A DNA stretch of 63,964 bases, the filler included, from an uncultured Myxococcia bacterium (lineage in GTDB: Bacteria > CAZTWC01): assembly GCA_964617105.1 (NCBI GenBank). It is 11 parts of 11 records of this genome, joined end to end, with 100 filler letters (N's around TTAATTAATTAA, not from the genome) between each part and the next. Parts side by side here need not be neighbours in the genome. Positions count along the whole stretch, not along the records: positions 6,187 to 12,218 come from CAZTWC010000238.1; positions 12,319 to 18,331 come from CAZTWC010000239.1; positions 18,432 to 24,387 come from CAZTWC010000240.1; 8 more parts are not named here. The stretch is one strand, 5' to 3'. Positions within the stretch are counted from its first letter, which is position 1, and the number at the start of each line of letters is the position of its first letter. This document shows positions 10,723 to 20,654 of the stretch, piece after piece. The position numbers and the translations under genes were made by a program. The notes below the pieces were generated by a model. The model saw only the letters and a list, made by a program, of their open reading frames with translations, did not search any database and had not been told where the DNA came from.

Positions 10723-10783
10723 AGTAGTATTATACTATCACAAGTTATTTTTTTTTCAATGTTTATACTGCCGCGATAAACGT

Positions 10784-12218
10784 TCACCTGGACTTTTTGT
10801 GGTAATTGTAGGATACGGAGAGATCTTTGATATAATTTATTATCCCTTTGGTGATGGAATTGGCCATTCGTTTTAAAAATGTCCTGGAAGAAAGCAAGCG
10901 CTCTTCCTGAGGATTGCTGATAAAACCGGTCTCCACCAGGATAGCCGGCATATTAGCCCCAAGTAATACGTAAAACAGAGCATGTTTGACTCCGTGATCC
11001 TTTATCCTCATGTATTTGAATCTCAATCCACCTACCATCGATTTTTGGACCAGGGTGGCTAGCCGGATGGAGTCCTTTACATTTGATTTTAAGGCTAAAT
11101 CAGCCAGAATAAATTGTAGGTCATCCATCTCTTTTTCACTGGAAAAGTTTTCTCTTGCCGCCAGTTTAATGGCGTAACGGTCATCAGTTATATTTAGATA
11201 ATAGGTTTCAAATCCTCTGGTTTTATGGTTAGTAAAAGAGTTTACATGCAGAGAGATAAACAGATCTGCCCCCCATTTGTTAGCAATAGCGGTTCTATCT
11301 TCTAAACTGATATATTGATCTTTGGTACGGGTAAGTTTTACTTGCAAATCCATCTTTTTTAAACTGGTGTACAGCAGTTTGGCCAGGCGTAAAGTTACAT
11401 CTTTTTCAAATAGTCCCCCAACTCCAATTGCGCCAGGATCTTCCCCACCGTGACCAGGATCAATAACCACTTTTTTAACTCGAAAGGTTTTATTGCGGTC
11501 GGTATAAGATGGCTTTTGGTTTTTCTTTATCTTTTTAATATCTTTTGGAGTCTTAATTGCCAGGTTACGCTTATGAGAATCGTTTTTAGTCAAAGGGGGC
11601 TTGTCTGGTATTTTAGCATGGGTTTTCATTTTAAGAGAACGGCATCCAATCGGACCGGATCCCGGATTCCAAAGGGATATGGCTACGCGATGGTTTTCTT
11701 TCTTAATCTGGTAACAGTCGCTTTGGGCAATATCCAACACCACTCGAGTAACGTTGGATTTGAACATAGCGGCTCTTATTTGCCTGAGGCTTTTTTGGTT
11801 TACGGAGATCAGTTTTCTGGCTTTCCCAGGTAGTTTATGGCCCGGTAAATCGAAAAAAATTCTCCAGGGTAATTTTCGTTTGGAATCGGGGGGGACTTCT
11901 CCCAACTGGTAGTTAATAGGGCAGTTGGTGGTTATTTCAACTTTAAGGCCATTATCGATTTTTTTCCAGATGATAGTTAGGGGTTGGGTATTGACTTTAT
12001 TACTTAACGATTTTTCCGGTTCTTTCTTTGGTATAGCAGGAGAAGATACGGACCGGGGCGTCAATTTTATAGGTTGTGGTGAGCGATTGATCATTTCAAC
12101 CAGATCTTTTTTAGCTCTCTCTGCCATATCGCCGCCCGGAGAGCCCTTTAACAGTGTTTCTAACTCTAGTTTGGAAAAAGTTAAATTGTGCAAGTCATCA
12201 CGATAGATTCTGGCTTTA
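10784..12218 (-). CDS. N-acetylmuramoyl-L-alanine amidase (AMIN + Amidase_3), N-terminus truncated
   Basis: VVIDPGHGGEDPGA, EKDVTL, FISLHVNS, AILVETGFISN; AMIN-like TRVVLD; frame open to the contig end. Confidence 0.92.
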
Positions 12219-12318
12219 NNNNNNNNNNNNNNNNNNNNNNNNNNNNNNNNNNNNNNNNNNNNTTAATTAATTAANNNNNNNNNNNNNNNNNNNNNNNNNN
12301 NNNNNNNNNNNNNNNNNN

Positions 12319-12786
12319 TGATTTGGCTGATCACCTAAATAAACCTAAGTTAAAAGATCTGGAAAAAACCATAAAAAAAAAACTGGGATTTGATTTTATA
12401 GTCATCTGCCTGGAAGCCAGTGATTTCAGGCAAGTATTTTGCAAAATAGGACCCCATTTGCATGGAAATCAGGCCATCATTTTTGCCACCAGAGGGTGTG
12501 AACCTGAAACCGGGGACCTGATCTCCCAGGTGATTCGCCAGGAGAGTTGCTGCCGAAAAATAGGGGCCTTGATCCCATTTTCCGTTTAGGACAGCAACTT
12601 GGCAAAAAAATGAGTGCCGAGGACAAAGTGGACAGTTTAAAAGAGGTGGTGTCCAAATCTTTACCTCCCGATTTAAACTCCAGTCTGGAAACTCTTAAAA
12701 AGATGGTGGACCAGGCCAGTCGCAGCCAGGATATCTCCAGTCTTAAGGGAGCAGTGGATTTTATCTATTACCTCCAGGCAATATAG
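12319..12786 (+). pseudogene. GpsA (NAD(P)H glycerol-3-phosphate dehydrogenase)-like remnant, split over two frames with an apparent internal deletion
   Basis: Frame 1 SDFRQVF..IGPHLHGNQAIIFATRGCEPETGDLISQVIRQESCCRKIGAL resembles the end of the GpsA NAD-binding domain; overlapping frame 2 FRLGQQLGKK... resembles the GpsA C-terminal helices. Confidence 0.4.
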
Positions 12787-12894
12787 AAATATTTTGGATA
12801 ATATCTGGGCAATGATGTGACCATGGCCACCAGTGAGCCGTTGATTTTGACCAACTTTTACTCTGAAGGTTCCAATTTTTAGGATAAGCGTCAA

Positions 12895-13809
12895 TTGAAA
12901 AAGCAATATAGATATCCCCTCAACCGTAACAACCACCGTAATCTGCCCGCCGATTTTCAAGGCCACATCTATATTTGGGATATCGATAAAACTTACCTCA
13001 ACACCAATTTTTCCCGTCTCAGAGACCTGGTTTCTATCGCCATGGAAACCGCTCTGGATAAGCGTTCCATCCCGGGAGCGGCGACTTTGCTCAGAGAATT
13101 GCGGCGCGGAACCGGCCAAACAATCCAACAAAATCCTATCTATTTTATCTCTGCCAGTCCGCCCCAGATCCGGGCCAGCCTGGAAAAAAAGATGACTATA
13201 GATGGGGTTGAGTTTGATGGCATCACTTTGAAAGATCAACTGCAACATATCAAACAGGGCAAATGGCAAAAGATTAAAAAACAGATCGGTTTTAAACTCA
13301 GCGCTCTGCTCCTATATAACCTGGAATTTCCCCTTGGCGCTGTTCAGTGGCTATTTGGCGATGATTCAGAAGATGACGTGGTCATCTATGACCTCTACAG
13401 CCGTATCTTGTCCGGAAAAATGGGAGAAAAAGATAACCTGGACCAAACCCTGAAACAGTTAGGAGTGGAAGCAGACGAACGGGAATATATCCTCTCTTTG
13501 GCCCAAAAAACTAAAGGTGGAAAAGTGGGCGGAATATTTATCCATCTGGCCACCGATTCAGATCCAGAAAAGTTCAGCCAATACGGGTCCAGAGTGACGG
13601 CCACCACCAACTACCTGCAGACGGCGCTAAAACTCTTCAGCCTAAAAATATTGACCAGACCGGGTCTTAGCAAAATCATTAAAGATTTACACAGCGCCTG
13701 GGGTTATAGTTCTGAACAAATGGCCGCCATATCTAGCCAGGCTGTGGCAAGAAAAATGGCTCTGCCCTCGGTTTTAGAGTTGGTGAAGGAGGAATTAGAT
13801 GCGTTATAG
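12895..13809 (+). CDS. HAD-superfamily App1/LNS2-like phosphatase (possible phosphatidate phosphatase)
   Basis: WDIDKTY (DxDxT), IPGAATLL, FISASP, LFGDDSEDD. Confidence 0.7.
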   Translation: MKKQYRYPLNRNNHRNLPADFQGHIYIWDIDKTYLNTNFSRLRDLVSIAMETALDKRSIPGAATLLRELRRGTGQTIQQNPIYFISASPPQIRASLEKKMTIDGVEFDGITLKDQLQHIKQGKWQKIKKQIGFKLSALLLYNLEFPLGAVQWLFGDDSEDDVVIYDLYSRILSGKMGEKDNLDQTLKQLGVEADEREYILSLAQKTKGGKVGGIFIHLATDSDPEKFSQYGSRVTATTNYLQTALKLFSLKILTRPGLSKIIKDLHSAWGYSSEQMAAISSQAVARKMALPSVLELVKEELDAL

Positions 13810-14785
13810 GTGGCGGCCAAGACTAATTCCGGGACTAGTGCTGTCCATGACTCTATTGTTTATAGTATTGGCAGCAGGGCTCAATAGTTCCCAGGCAGAG
13901 GAACAAGTAGATAAAATCAGCCCTTCCAAAGATGAACCAATCTCTTGCCAACGGATTGTCTCCACCGCTCCCAGCATAACCGAAGTGCTGTTTGCCCTGG
14001 GGCTGGGCGAACGGGTAAAGGGAGTCACCAAACATTGCCTTTATCCTCCGGAAGTTAAAAAGATCGCCCAGGTGGGCGGCTATATGGAACCAAGTTACGA
14101 GCAGGTGCTTAGATTACAGCCCGATTTGGTTTTAATGCTGCCGGAACATCGAGCCCTACAGCCCAACTTTGCCCGCTTGGGGCTAAAAACCATGATGATA
14201 AGCCATAAATCAATGGCTGATATTCTGGCCTCTTATACGGAGATCGGCACAATTTGCGGGATATCTAAGCGGGCAGAACATTTAAAATCGCAATTGGAAG
14301 CCAGGATAGCCAAAATAGAGAAGCGGATTGAAAAAAAAATAAAAAATAGCGGCCGGCCCCGGGTGATGATCTGTGTATCCCGCCACCCAGGCCGACAATT
14401 CTGGCAGGATATCTATATTGCCGGTCATGAAAAATACTATTCATCTCTTCTTAGAATAGCGGGCGGAAAAAACAGTTTCCAGGGAAAAACTATCCCCTTC
14501 CCCATGGTGACTGCCGAGGGAATTGTGGCCATGAACCCAGAAATAATCATCGATCTTTTAGGCGGAGCCCAAGAAATAAAAACCAACTTTCAATCAGATA
14601 TCAGTCTTTGGTCACGGCTGGACAAAGTAACCGCAGTCAAGCAGAGAAGAGTCCATATTTTGGCCAGGGATTATGTAAATATCCCCGGGTCTCGATTCAT
14701 CCTGCTTTTGGAGGATTTAGCCGCACTTATCCACCCTGAACCAGGTGGCAGAACCTTCACCAAAACCGGTAGGGAGGATAAATGA
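13799..14785 (+). CDS. ABC transporter substrate-binding protein, BtuF/helical-backbone class (cobalamin, haem or Fe-chelate)
   Basis: Signal peptide, RIVSTAPSITEVLFALG, VGGYMEPSYEQVLRLQPDLV, AVKQRRV, IPGSR. Confidence 0.88.
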   Translation: MRYRWRPRLIPGLVLSMTLLFIVLAAGLNSSQAEEQVDKISPSKDEPISCQRIVSTAPSITEVLFALGLGERVKGVTKHCLYPPEVKKIAQVGGYMEPSYEQVLRLQPDLVLMLPEHRALQPNFARLGLKTMMISHKSMADILASYTEIGTICGISKRAEHLKSQLEARIAKIEKRIEKKIKNSGRPRVMICVSRHPGRQFWQDIYIAGHEKYYSSLLRIAGGKNSFQGKTIPFPMVTAEGIVAMNPEIIIDLLGGAQEIKTNFQSDISLWSRLDKVTAVKQRRVHILARDYVNIPGSRFILLLEDLAALIHPEPGGRTFTKTGREDK

Positions 14786-15576
14786 ACCAAAATTGCCTGT
14801 TAAAAGTTGAGAATCTATCTCTATGCCTGGGGGGAACCAAAATTTTAGTTCAACTCTCCTTTGAAGTTCGGGCGGGAGAGTATCTCTCCATTATCGGCCC
14901 CAACGGCGCCGGCAAGACCTCTCTGCTAAGGTGCCTGCTGGGAGTCCTCTCCTTAAATGAGGGTAAAATTTTTCTCCGGGGACAGCCTCTGGATACTTTT
15001 AGCCGCAAAAAGATCGCTGCTCTAGTAAGTTATGTCCCCCAAACTGCGCCAACCGGTCTCCCTTTTTTGGTAGAAGATTTTGTAGCCCTGGGCCGTTATC
15101 CCCACTTGAGTTTTTTGCGCCTGCCCTCCGAAAAAGACCGGCTGGCAGTGCAATCGGCGCTGGAGATAACCGGTACGGCCAAGTTCGCGCGTAGATCTCT
15201 GGATACTTTGAGTGGCGGGGAACGGCAAAAGGTACTGATAGCCGCTGCTCTGGCCCAGGAGACCGAGATTATACTCCTGGATGAGCCCACCGCTTTTTTA
15301 GATCCCCGGCACCGGGTGGATATTCTTCAATGCCTAAAACAGATCAACCGCCAAAAAGGGACCTCTATTCTGGCGGTAACCCACGACATAAACGCTGCCG
15401 CTGCTTTCAGCCACCGGATATTAGCCCTAAAAGAGGGTAAACCGGTTTTTATTGGCAACAAAACCGAGTTAGTTCACTCTAAGGTACTGTCCAGCATCTA
15501 TGAAACCGATTTCTTGCTGGCCAGTCATCCAGAGGCGAATTTGCCCGTGGTGATGGAAAGAGGCAGTTTATTATGA
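14782..15576 (+). CDS. ABC transporter ATPase (BtuD/FepC type)
   Basis: GPNGAGKT, LGRYPH, LSGGERQK, LLDEPT, HDIN. Confidence 0.9.
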   Translation: MNQNCLLKVENLSLCLGGTKILVQLSFEVRAGEYLSIIGPNGAGKTSLLRCLLGVLSLNEGKIFLRGQPLDTFSRKKIAALVSYVPQTAPTGLPFLVEDFVALGRYPHLSFLRLPSEKDRLAVQSALEITGTAKFARRSLDTLSGGERQKVLIAAALAQETEIILLDEPTAFLDPRHRVDILQCLKQINRQKGTSILAVTHDINAAAAFSHRILALKEGKPVFIGNKTELVHSKVLSSIYETDFLLASHPEANLPVVMERGSLL

Positions 15577-16559
15577 ACCGGCCCGCTTTATTGCTGCTGC
15601 TTCTGTCTCTGACGACGATGATAATTTTGCTGGTGACCCCCTTTTTAGGAGACCGCATCATTCCCTGGCAGACTATCTGGCAACTAAAAGAACAGTCTGT
15701 GGATGCCAGCATCCTCTTGCAATTGCGGATTCCCCGGGTGGCCACCGCATTTTTAACCGGTTCCATGCTGGCTCTATGCGGTATGGTTTTTCAGACCATG
15801 TTCCGCAACCCTCTGGCCACCCCCTTTACCCTGGGAGTATCCAGCGGAGCCGCTTTGGGCGCCGCCCTTTATTTGCGAATTGGAATAACCTTTACCTTGT
15901 TAGGTATCCCGGCCTCCTCTCTGGCCGCTTTTTTGGGATCTCTGCTGGCTATCTCCCTGGTCTACGCCCTTACCAGGATAAAGAGCGATTTTTCCACCGC
16001 CACCATGCTTTTAGCCGGAGTAGCCATCAGTTTTACCTTTTCCAGTTTGATCATGTTCATTCAATATATCAGCGACTTCAACAACTCCTTTCGCATCTTG
16101 CGCTGGTTAATGGGTGGCGTTGAAGTGGTGGGTTTTTCCGCGGTCTGGAACCTGCTGCCTTTTTTTCTAATCGGGACAATTTTGATTTTAGGGTTGACCC
16201 GGGAGATGAATTTGCTAATCAGCGGCGATGAGTTGTCTGCCAGCCGCGGTCTTGATCCCCTGGCCATAAAAAAAATCCTCTTTATACTCTGCTCCCTAAT
16301 GGTGGGCGCTACTGTATCTCTCTGCGGTCCCATCGGCTTTGTGGGGATGATGGCTCCCCATATCTGCCGTCTGCTGGTGGGCTGGAACCATCTCTACCTG
16401 ACTCCCGCCGTCATTCTGTTCGGCGGCTCTTTTTTAACTATCTGCGACCTTTTAGCCAGAAGCCTTACAGCACCCGCCGAAATCCCGGTGGGGATCATCA
16501 CCTCCCTTTTGGGAGGTCCCTTCTTTTTGTGGCTGCTGATGAGGAAAAGGAGGCTTTAG
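15573..16559 (+). CDS. FecCD/BtuC-family permease
   Basis: LRIPR, FRNPLATPFTLGVSSGA, GPIGFVG..PH, EIPVGIITSLLGGPFF. Confidence 0.92.
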   Translation: MNRPALLLLLLSLTTMIILLVTPFLGDRIIPWQTIWQLKEQSVDASILLQLRIPRVATAFLTGSMLALCGMVFQTMFRNPLATPFTLGVSSGAALGAALYLRIGITFTLLGIPASSLAAFLGSLLAISLVYALTRIKSDFSTATMLLAGVAISFTFSSLIMFIQYISDFNNSFRILRWLMGGVEVVGFSAVWNLLPFFLIGTILILGLTREMNLLISGDELSASRGLDPLAIKKILFILCSLMVGATVSLCGPIGFVGMMAPHICRLLVGWNHLYLTPAVILFGGSFLTICDLLARSLTAPAEIPVGIITSLLGGPFFLWLLMRKRRL

Positions 16560-16562
16560 AGG

Positions 16563-17636
16563 TTAAAAATCCTTACTCAACCCTACATAGAATTGGATTT
16601 GAGAGTTGAAGTCAACCCTTTTGACTGAACGTACTTCTAGGGGTGGGGCGAAATTACTGCGCTGCAAAGCCAGGCCAAAACGCAACTTTAGATTGTCGGA
16701 CAGCCACATCATATTTTTTTTCTGCCTTTTTAGTCGCTTTACCGAGGATTCAAAGGAGTAGAACAGGCCCAGGGAGGTTCTGGATAGAGGTATATTGGTA
16801 TAGGTGTTGTCATAATCTATGTCCAGGCAAAAATCGGCGGCCACGCCGACCCTTCTACTGGGAAAATACTTATACCAGCCAAACCTTATCCTGAGATCGA
16901 GTTCTGGATCATCGGCCCGGCTCTGCACTTTAAAGGAGAGCAGGATGTCCAAAAAAGGTTTGCCGCTGAGCCCCAGCGCATAGTTGGTTTTATAGTTCAA
17001 CTTATTGGCATCATCGCGACTAAAATAAACCTGGGAAAGATCAAGCACCACCAGGTCAAGCACAATGTTGTTGAAGTCGAACAACAAACCAGCATCCCAG
17101 GTGAACAGGTCATCTATTTTAAAATCACTGTTATGATTGGTTAATTTATGAGCAGTAAAACCCAGGGCGACATTGTATCTATGGGTAAGGTTCAAATCGC
17201 GGCTGGATACTCCTAATTGCAGGCCCAGATGCCTTTTACTATAGTTATCAGGATGATCATCAATAAGATTATTTTGCTGGGTGTTGAAAATGCTCAGATT
17301 GGGCATGCTAAGGCTTAGAAAGTATCCGGTTTTTTCCCAAAAATCATTTGATTCATCTCCGCCGCTCATCTGCTGCAGTCCCAGAGAGAAGTTGTTTTGC
17401 CGGTTGGTGCTGACCCGGGCCGGATTAAAATAGTAGTTGCCAATATCCAGGGAAAAAAACATACTGTCAATATCCAGCCCTCGGGAGGATAAAAAGTAAA
17501 TAGATTCATTACTACGGTTATATTTGGGCAAATCAGCCTTGGACTGCCTGGACTGAAACCCGACCAGGATTGTCAGCAGCAACAATCTGGTCAGGCTGGA
17601 TTTAAAAAAAACTCTCCAAAATTCTGTCTTTTTCAT
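16563..17636 (-). CDS. Hypothetical outer-membrane beta-barrel protein
   Basis: Signal peptide, alternating amphipathic strands, C-terminal FYVGLSKDF beta-signal. Confidence 0.55.
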   Translation of the reverse strand: MKKTEFWRVFFKSSLTRLLLLTILVGFQSRQSKADLPKYNRSNESIYFLSSRGLDIDSMFFSLDIGNYYFNPARVSTNRQNNFSLGLQQMSGGDESNDFWEKTGYFLSLSMPNLSIFNTQQNNLIDDHPDNYSKRHLGLQLGVSSRDLNLTHRYNVALGFTAHKLTNHNSDFKIDDLFTWDAGLLFDFNNIVLDLVVLDLSQVYFSRDDANKLNYKTNYALGLSGKPFLDILLSFKVQSRADDPELDLRIRFGWYKYFPSRRVGVAADFCLDIDYDNTYTNIPLSRTSLGLFYSFESSVKRLKRQKKNMMWLSDNLKLRFGLALQRSNFAPPLEVRSVKRVDFNSQIQFYVGLSKDF

Positions 17637-17735
17637 GTTGTTTTACCTTTTTGTTCTCTTTTTTATCTATTATCCCCAATAAAACTCAGGGCGGGTAATT
17701 GGTTCTCTTAATTAATGGATAGTTGCAGTTAATGG

Positions 17736-18331
17736 TTAGCCATCGGTTTGAACAGTCAGGCCGAAGTTAAGGGTCTTTACCTTTTTACGATCCAGCCTGG
17801 TGGCGAGATTAACCAGTACGGAACGGCTTAAATTAAAATCAAACCCGGCAGATATAAAAGCCTCATTGGATTCGGTAACAATTTCGGTGCTTCCGGTGTA
17901 ACTCCCCTCCAGGCGGAAAGAGAAGGGAAGACCAAATTTCAAATGCACCCCAGACATGCCGGTATAATAGTCATAAGCGGTAGCCAGCACAGTAGTAATG
18001 GTGGTTTGCATCCAACTGAATGGGGTGAGCAGAATATCAAAGACAAAGTACCCGCCTATAGGCCAGGCAAAACCCAGAGCAAAAGATCCATGCTCAAAGG
18101 AATCGCTGATAAAACAGTATTTAATCGAGGGGATTATGGGCAGTCCGATATTACCAGATAGGTTGTAACTGTCACGTAACGTATGATAATCATTGCCTAA
18201 AAAATACAGGGTGTTGCTAAACCCCAACTCCCAGTGGTCTTTAAAAGAATAGTTGAGCCGTAGACTATAAGGAAAAAGGTTGAGATAATCGAAATCTCTG
18301 GGTTTGTTAGAAAAAGAGGCCCGAAATTGGC
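17736..18331 (-). CDS. Hypothetical outer-membrane beta-barrel protein (N-terminus truncated)
   Basis: Frame open to the contig end; aromatic/Gly-rich amphipathic strands. Confidence 0.5.
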
Positions 18332-18431
18332 NNNNNNNNNNNNNNNNNNNNNNNNNNNNNNNNNNNNNNNNNNNNTTAATTAATTAANNNNNNNNNNNNN
18401 NNNNNNNNNNNNNNNNNNNNNNNNNNNNNNN

Positions 18432-18640
18432 GCTAGCCTGCCTTCGTGTAAAAACATCTGCACAAAGTTTTTTTGGTCAGACAGGTGAGGTCTAATTCTT
18501 TTGATTACTATGGTTTTTTCAAATCCCTCCAGCCCGGCTTGTTGGCCCAGGAATATTTCTGCCATACCTCCTACGGCCAGTTTTTCCAGCAGGGTGTATT
18601 TCCCAAATTTTCCGGTGGCGTTGGTTTTGGCCATAGTCAT
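18432..18640 (-). CDS. Hanks-type Ser/Thr protein kinase, N-terminal fragment
   Basis: [20 protein letters not shown]...[14 protein letters not shown]...FVQMFLHE, the typical myxobacterial kinase start. Confidence 0.92.
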
Positions 18641-18792
18641 TGACNNNNNNNNNNTATATAATCAATTGTTGAATTTTGTTAGGAGTACAGTGAAATTAAT
18701 GTATAATAACCAGGGAAATAGTCAAGATATTTTAAAAACGAAAAGAATTCCCGGGGTTTCAATCCCGGGTTGAAAGGAATAGTTAATCCTCC

Positions 18793-20505
18793 ATGGGAAC
18801 TGTAATTTTATTTTCCAAAGATCTAAATCTGTTTGTCAATATGAAAACAGATCTGCAAGAGTATCATTACAGCCTTATTTTTTGTCCCACCATGGAGGGA
18901 TTGTTTAAACAATTGGAGAAGGAAAGGGCAGGTGTAATCTTAGTTGACCAGGATATTGACGGGCAACAGGGGCTTGATTACTGTTTGAAAATGGAAGGCA
19001 GTATCTATAAAGATATCCCCAGGTTCATAATGACCGGTAAGGTGGATAAGCAACTGGTTGCCCAGATGGTTCGAAGTGGTGTCAAACAGATTCTACTAAA
19101 ACCTTTGGACTTAAAATTGCTAGCCATGCGTTTGAATGACGTGGCGGAATTGAAAGTGCAAAGAGATGAGCACGCCCCAGAAAAAGAAGATTTAAAGGAG
19201 GATGGAGAGGAGCAATTTGACCTGGAAAAACTATTGAAATCCTCCAAAGAGTTGAGCACAGTATCTTTTATCGCCACCAGGACTCTGGAGTTGATTGAAT
19301 CGGAGGAAACCGATTTTTCAGAGATGGCGGCAATAATAGAGTCGGACCAGGCATTGAGCGCCCTGGTACTAAAAGTGATAAACTCCCCTTTTTACAGCCT
19401 GGCCAAGAAGATAACCGAAATCCATCGCGCCCTGGTTTTTCTTGGTTTTGAAGGAACCAAGAGTCTTTTCACGGGTCTTTTATCTCTCTCTTTATTGAGG
19501 CCAAGTCATTCACCAATGGCTATTGATCGAGGTCTGTTTTGGGAACATTGCCTGGCCGTAGCGATTTTGAGCCAAAACTTAGCTGTTGATGCCGGTCTTG
19601 ATAATCCTGATGAACTGTTTGTGCATGGTCTGCTTCACGACGTTGGCAAAACCGCTATGAATCAATATCTAAAAGATGATTATGACCAGGTGTGCCTGGC
19701 AGGTATAGAAGAAAAAATACCACTTCATCAGGTGGAGGTGCATATTTACGGAATGGATCATGCTTTGGTTGGTGGTAAATTGTTGGAGAATTGGCAGCTG
19801 CCGACTAAACTGGTGGATAGCACGGCAGACCACCACCTCCCCATGGATAAGATAATGGCCCAGGGCGATGAAACCAGGAAGAAAATCTCCATGGTAGTGG
19901 CAATGGCTAACCAGTTGGCCAAGTATAGCCTGTTAGGTTATAGTGGCAACAACAATTTGGTGTCCATACCTCGCCAATGCTGCCAATTGCTGGGACAAAA
20001 ACGGGAGAGTATTATTACTTTGCTGGAAAGTTCTAATCGTTACTTGCAGGACATGAAAAGTTTTGTACACAATTTTGAAAGTAGTGAGTATGATTCTTCT
20101 CACTATTACGTCAAATATTTTGATAAAGAGACAGATCGTTCTCAAACCACGATTTTGCTCGGGAATGACAGCAGTCATCCCTTGTCTGGTGTAGAGATAA
20201 TGCTGAGCGCCCTGGGATTTTCGGTGCGCATTCTTGATTTGCGTGACTGCCAGGGATGGTTTATAGAATCTGGTTCCTATGATATGATCATATTGGATTT
20301 TTCCGTTATTGTTCAAGAGGAGCGGGCTAAACTGGAGATGGAAAAGATGGCCCAGTTTGTAGCGAAAATACCCAATTTAATGCTGATAAACCTGACCTCA
20401 GAAGAAGCCGGCCATTTTAGAGGCGCTCAGCGCATTACTCACCTTGGTTTTCCTATGGATTCTTTTTTACTTATAGAAGAGATCTTTAAGATGACAGGTC
20501 AATAA
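18793..20505 (+). CDS. Response regulator receiver + HDOD + degenerate C-terminal receiver
   Basis: REC (ILVDQD, IMTG, LLKP), HDOD (INSPFY, FWEHC, GLLHDVGK, HALVG..W), C-terminal YDMIILD. Confidence 0.85.
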   Translation: MGTVILFSKDLNLFVNMKTDLQEYHYSLIFCPTMEGLFKQLEKERAGVILVDQDIDGQQGLDYCLKMEGSIYKDIPRFIMTGKVDKQLVAQMVRSGVKQILLKPLDLKLLAMRLNDVAELKVQRDEHAPEKEDLKEDGEEQFDLEKLLKSSKELSTVSFIATRTLELIESEETDFSEMAAIIESDQALSALVLKVINSPFYSLAKKITEIHRALVFLGFEGTKSLFTGLLSLSLLRPSHSPMAIDRGLFWEHCLAVAILSQNLAVDAGLDNPDELFVHGLLHDVGKTAMNQYLKDDYDQVCLAGIEEKIPLHQVEVHIYGMDHALVGGKLLENWQLPTKLVDSTADHHLPMDKIMAQGDETRKKISMVVAMANQLAKYSLLGYSGNNNLVSIPRQCCQLLGQKRESIITLLESSNRYLQDMKSFVHNFESSEYDSSHYYVKYFDKETDRSQTTILLGNDSSHPLSGVEIMLSALGFSVRILDLRDCQGWFIESGSYDMIILDFSVIVQEERAKLEMEKMAQFVAKIPNLMLINLTSEEAGHFRGAQRITHLGFPMDSFLLIEEIFKMTGQ

Positions 20506-20514
20506 CCTCGTACT

Positions 20515-20654
20515 TATCTGTTGAGAATTCGGATGCATCTTCACCAGCGTTGTTGCTGGCTCAAAAATTGTCCTCGACGTATTATTCATACGACTGCGGT
20601 AATTTTTGAGCCAGCGCCTAGCTGGTGAAGCGCCTCCAAATTCTGAGTTGTCTA
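20515..20654. repeat. ~140-bp palindromic element resembling Rickettsia palindromic element (RPE)/REP-MITE repeats
   Basis: Nested inverted repeats: 20555-20569/20601-20615 (15 bp perfect), 20539-20548/20621-20630 (10 bp perfect), 20524-20533/20635-20644 (9 of 10), central CGTAT-N5-ATACG hairpin. Confidence 0.7.

Noticed and set aside
12787..13798. Cobalamin riboswitch upstream of the Btu-like importer
   Set aside because: The upstream region is coding and no B12-box-like motif was seen.
18757..18775. TTTCAA-N7-TTGAAA palindrome before the REC-HDOD gene
   Set aside because: Short, single copy, no recognisable regulator; could be chance.
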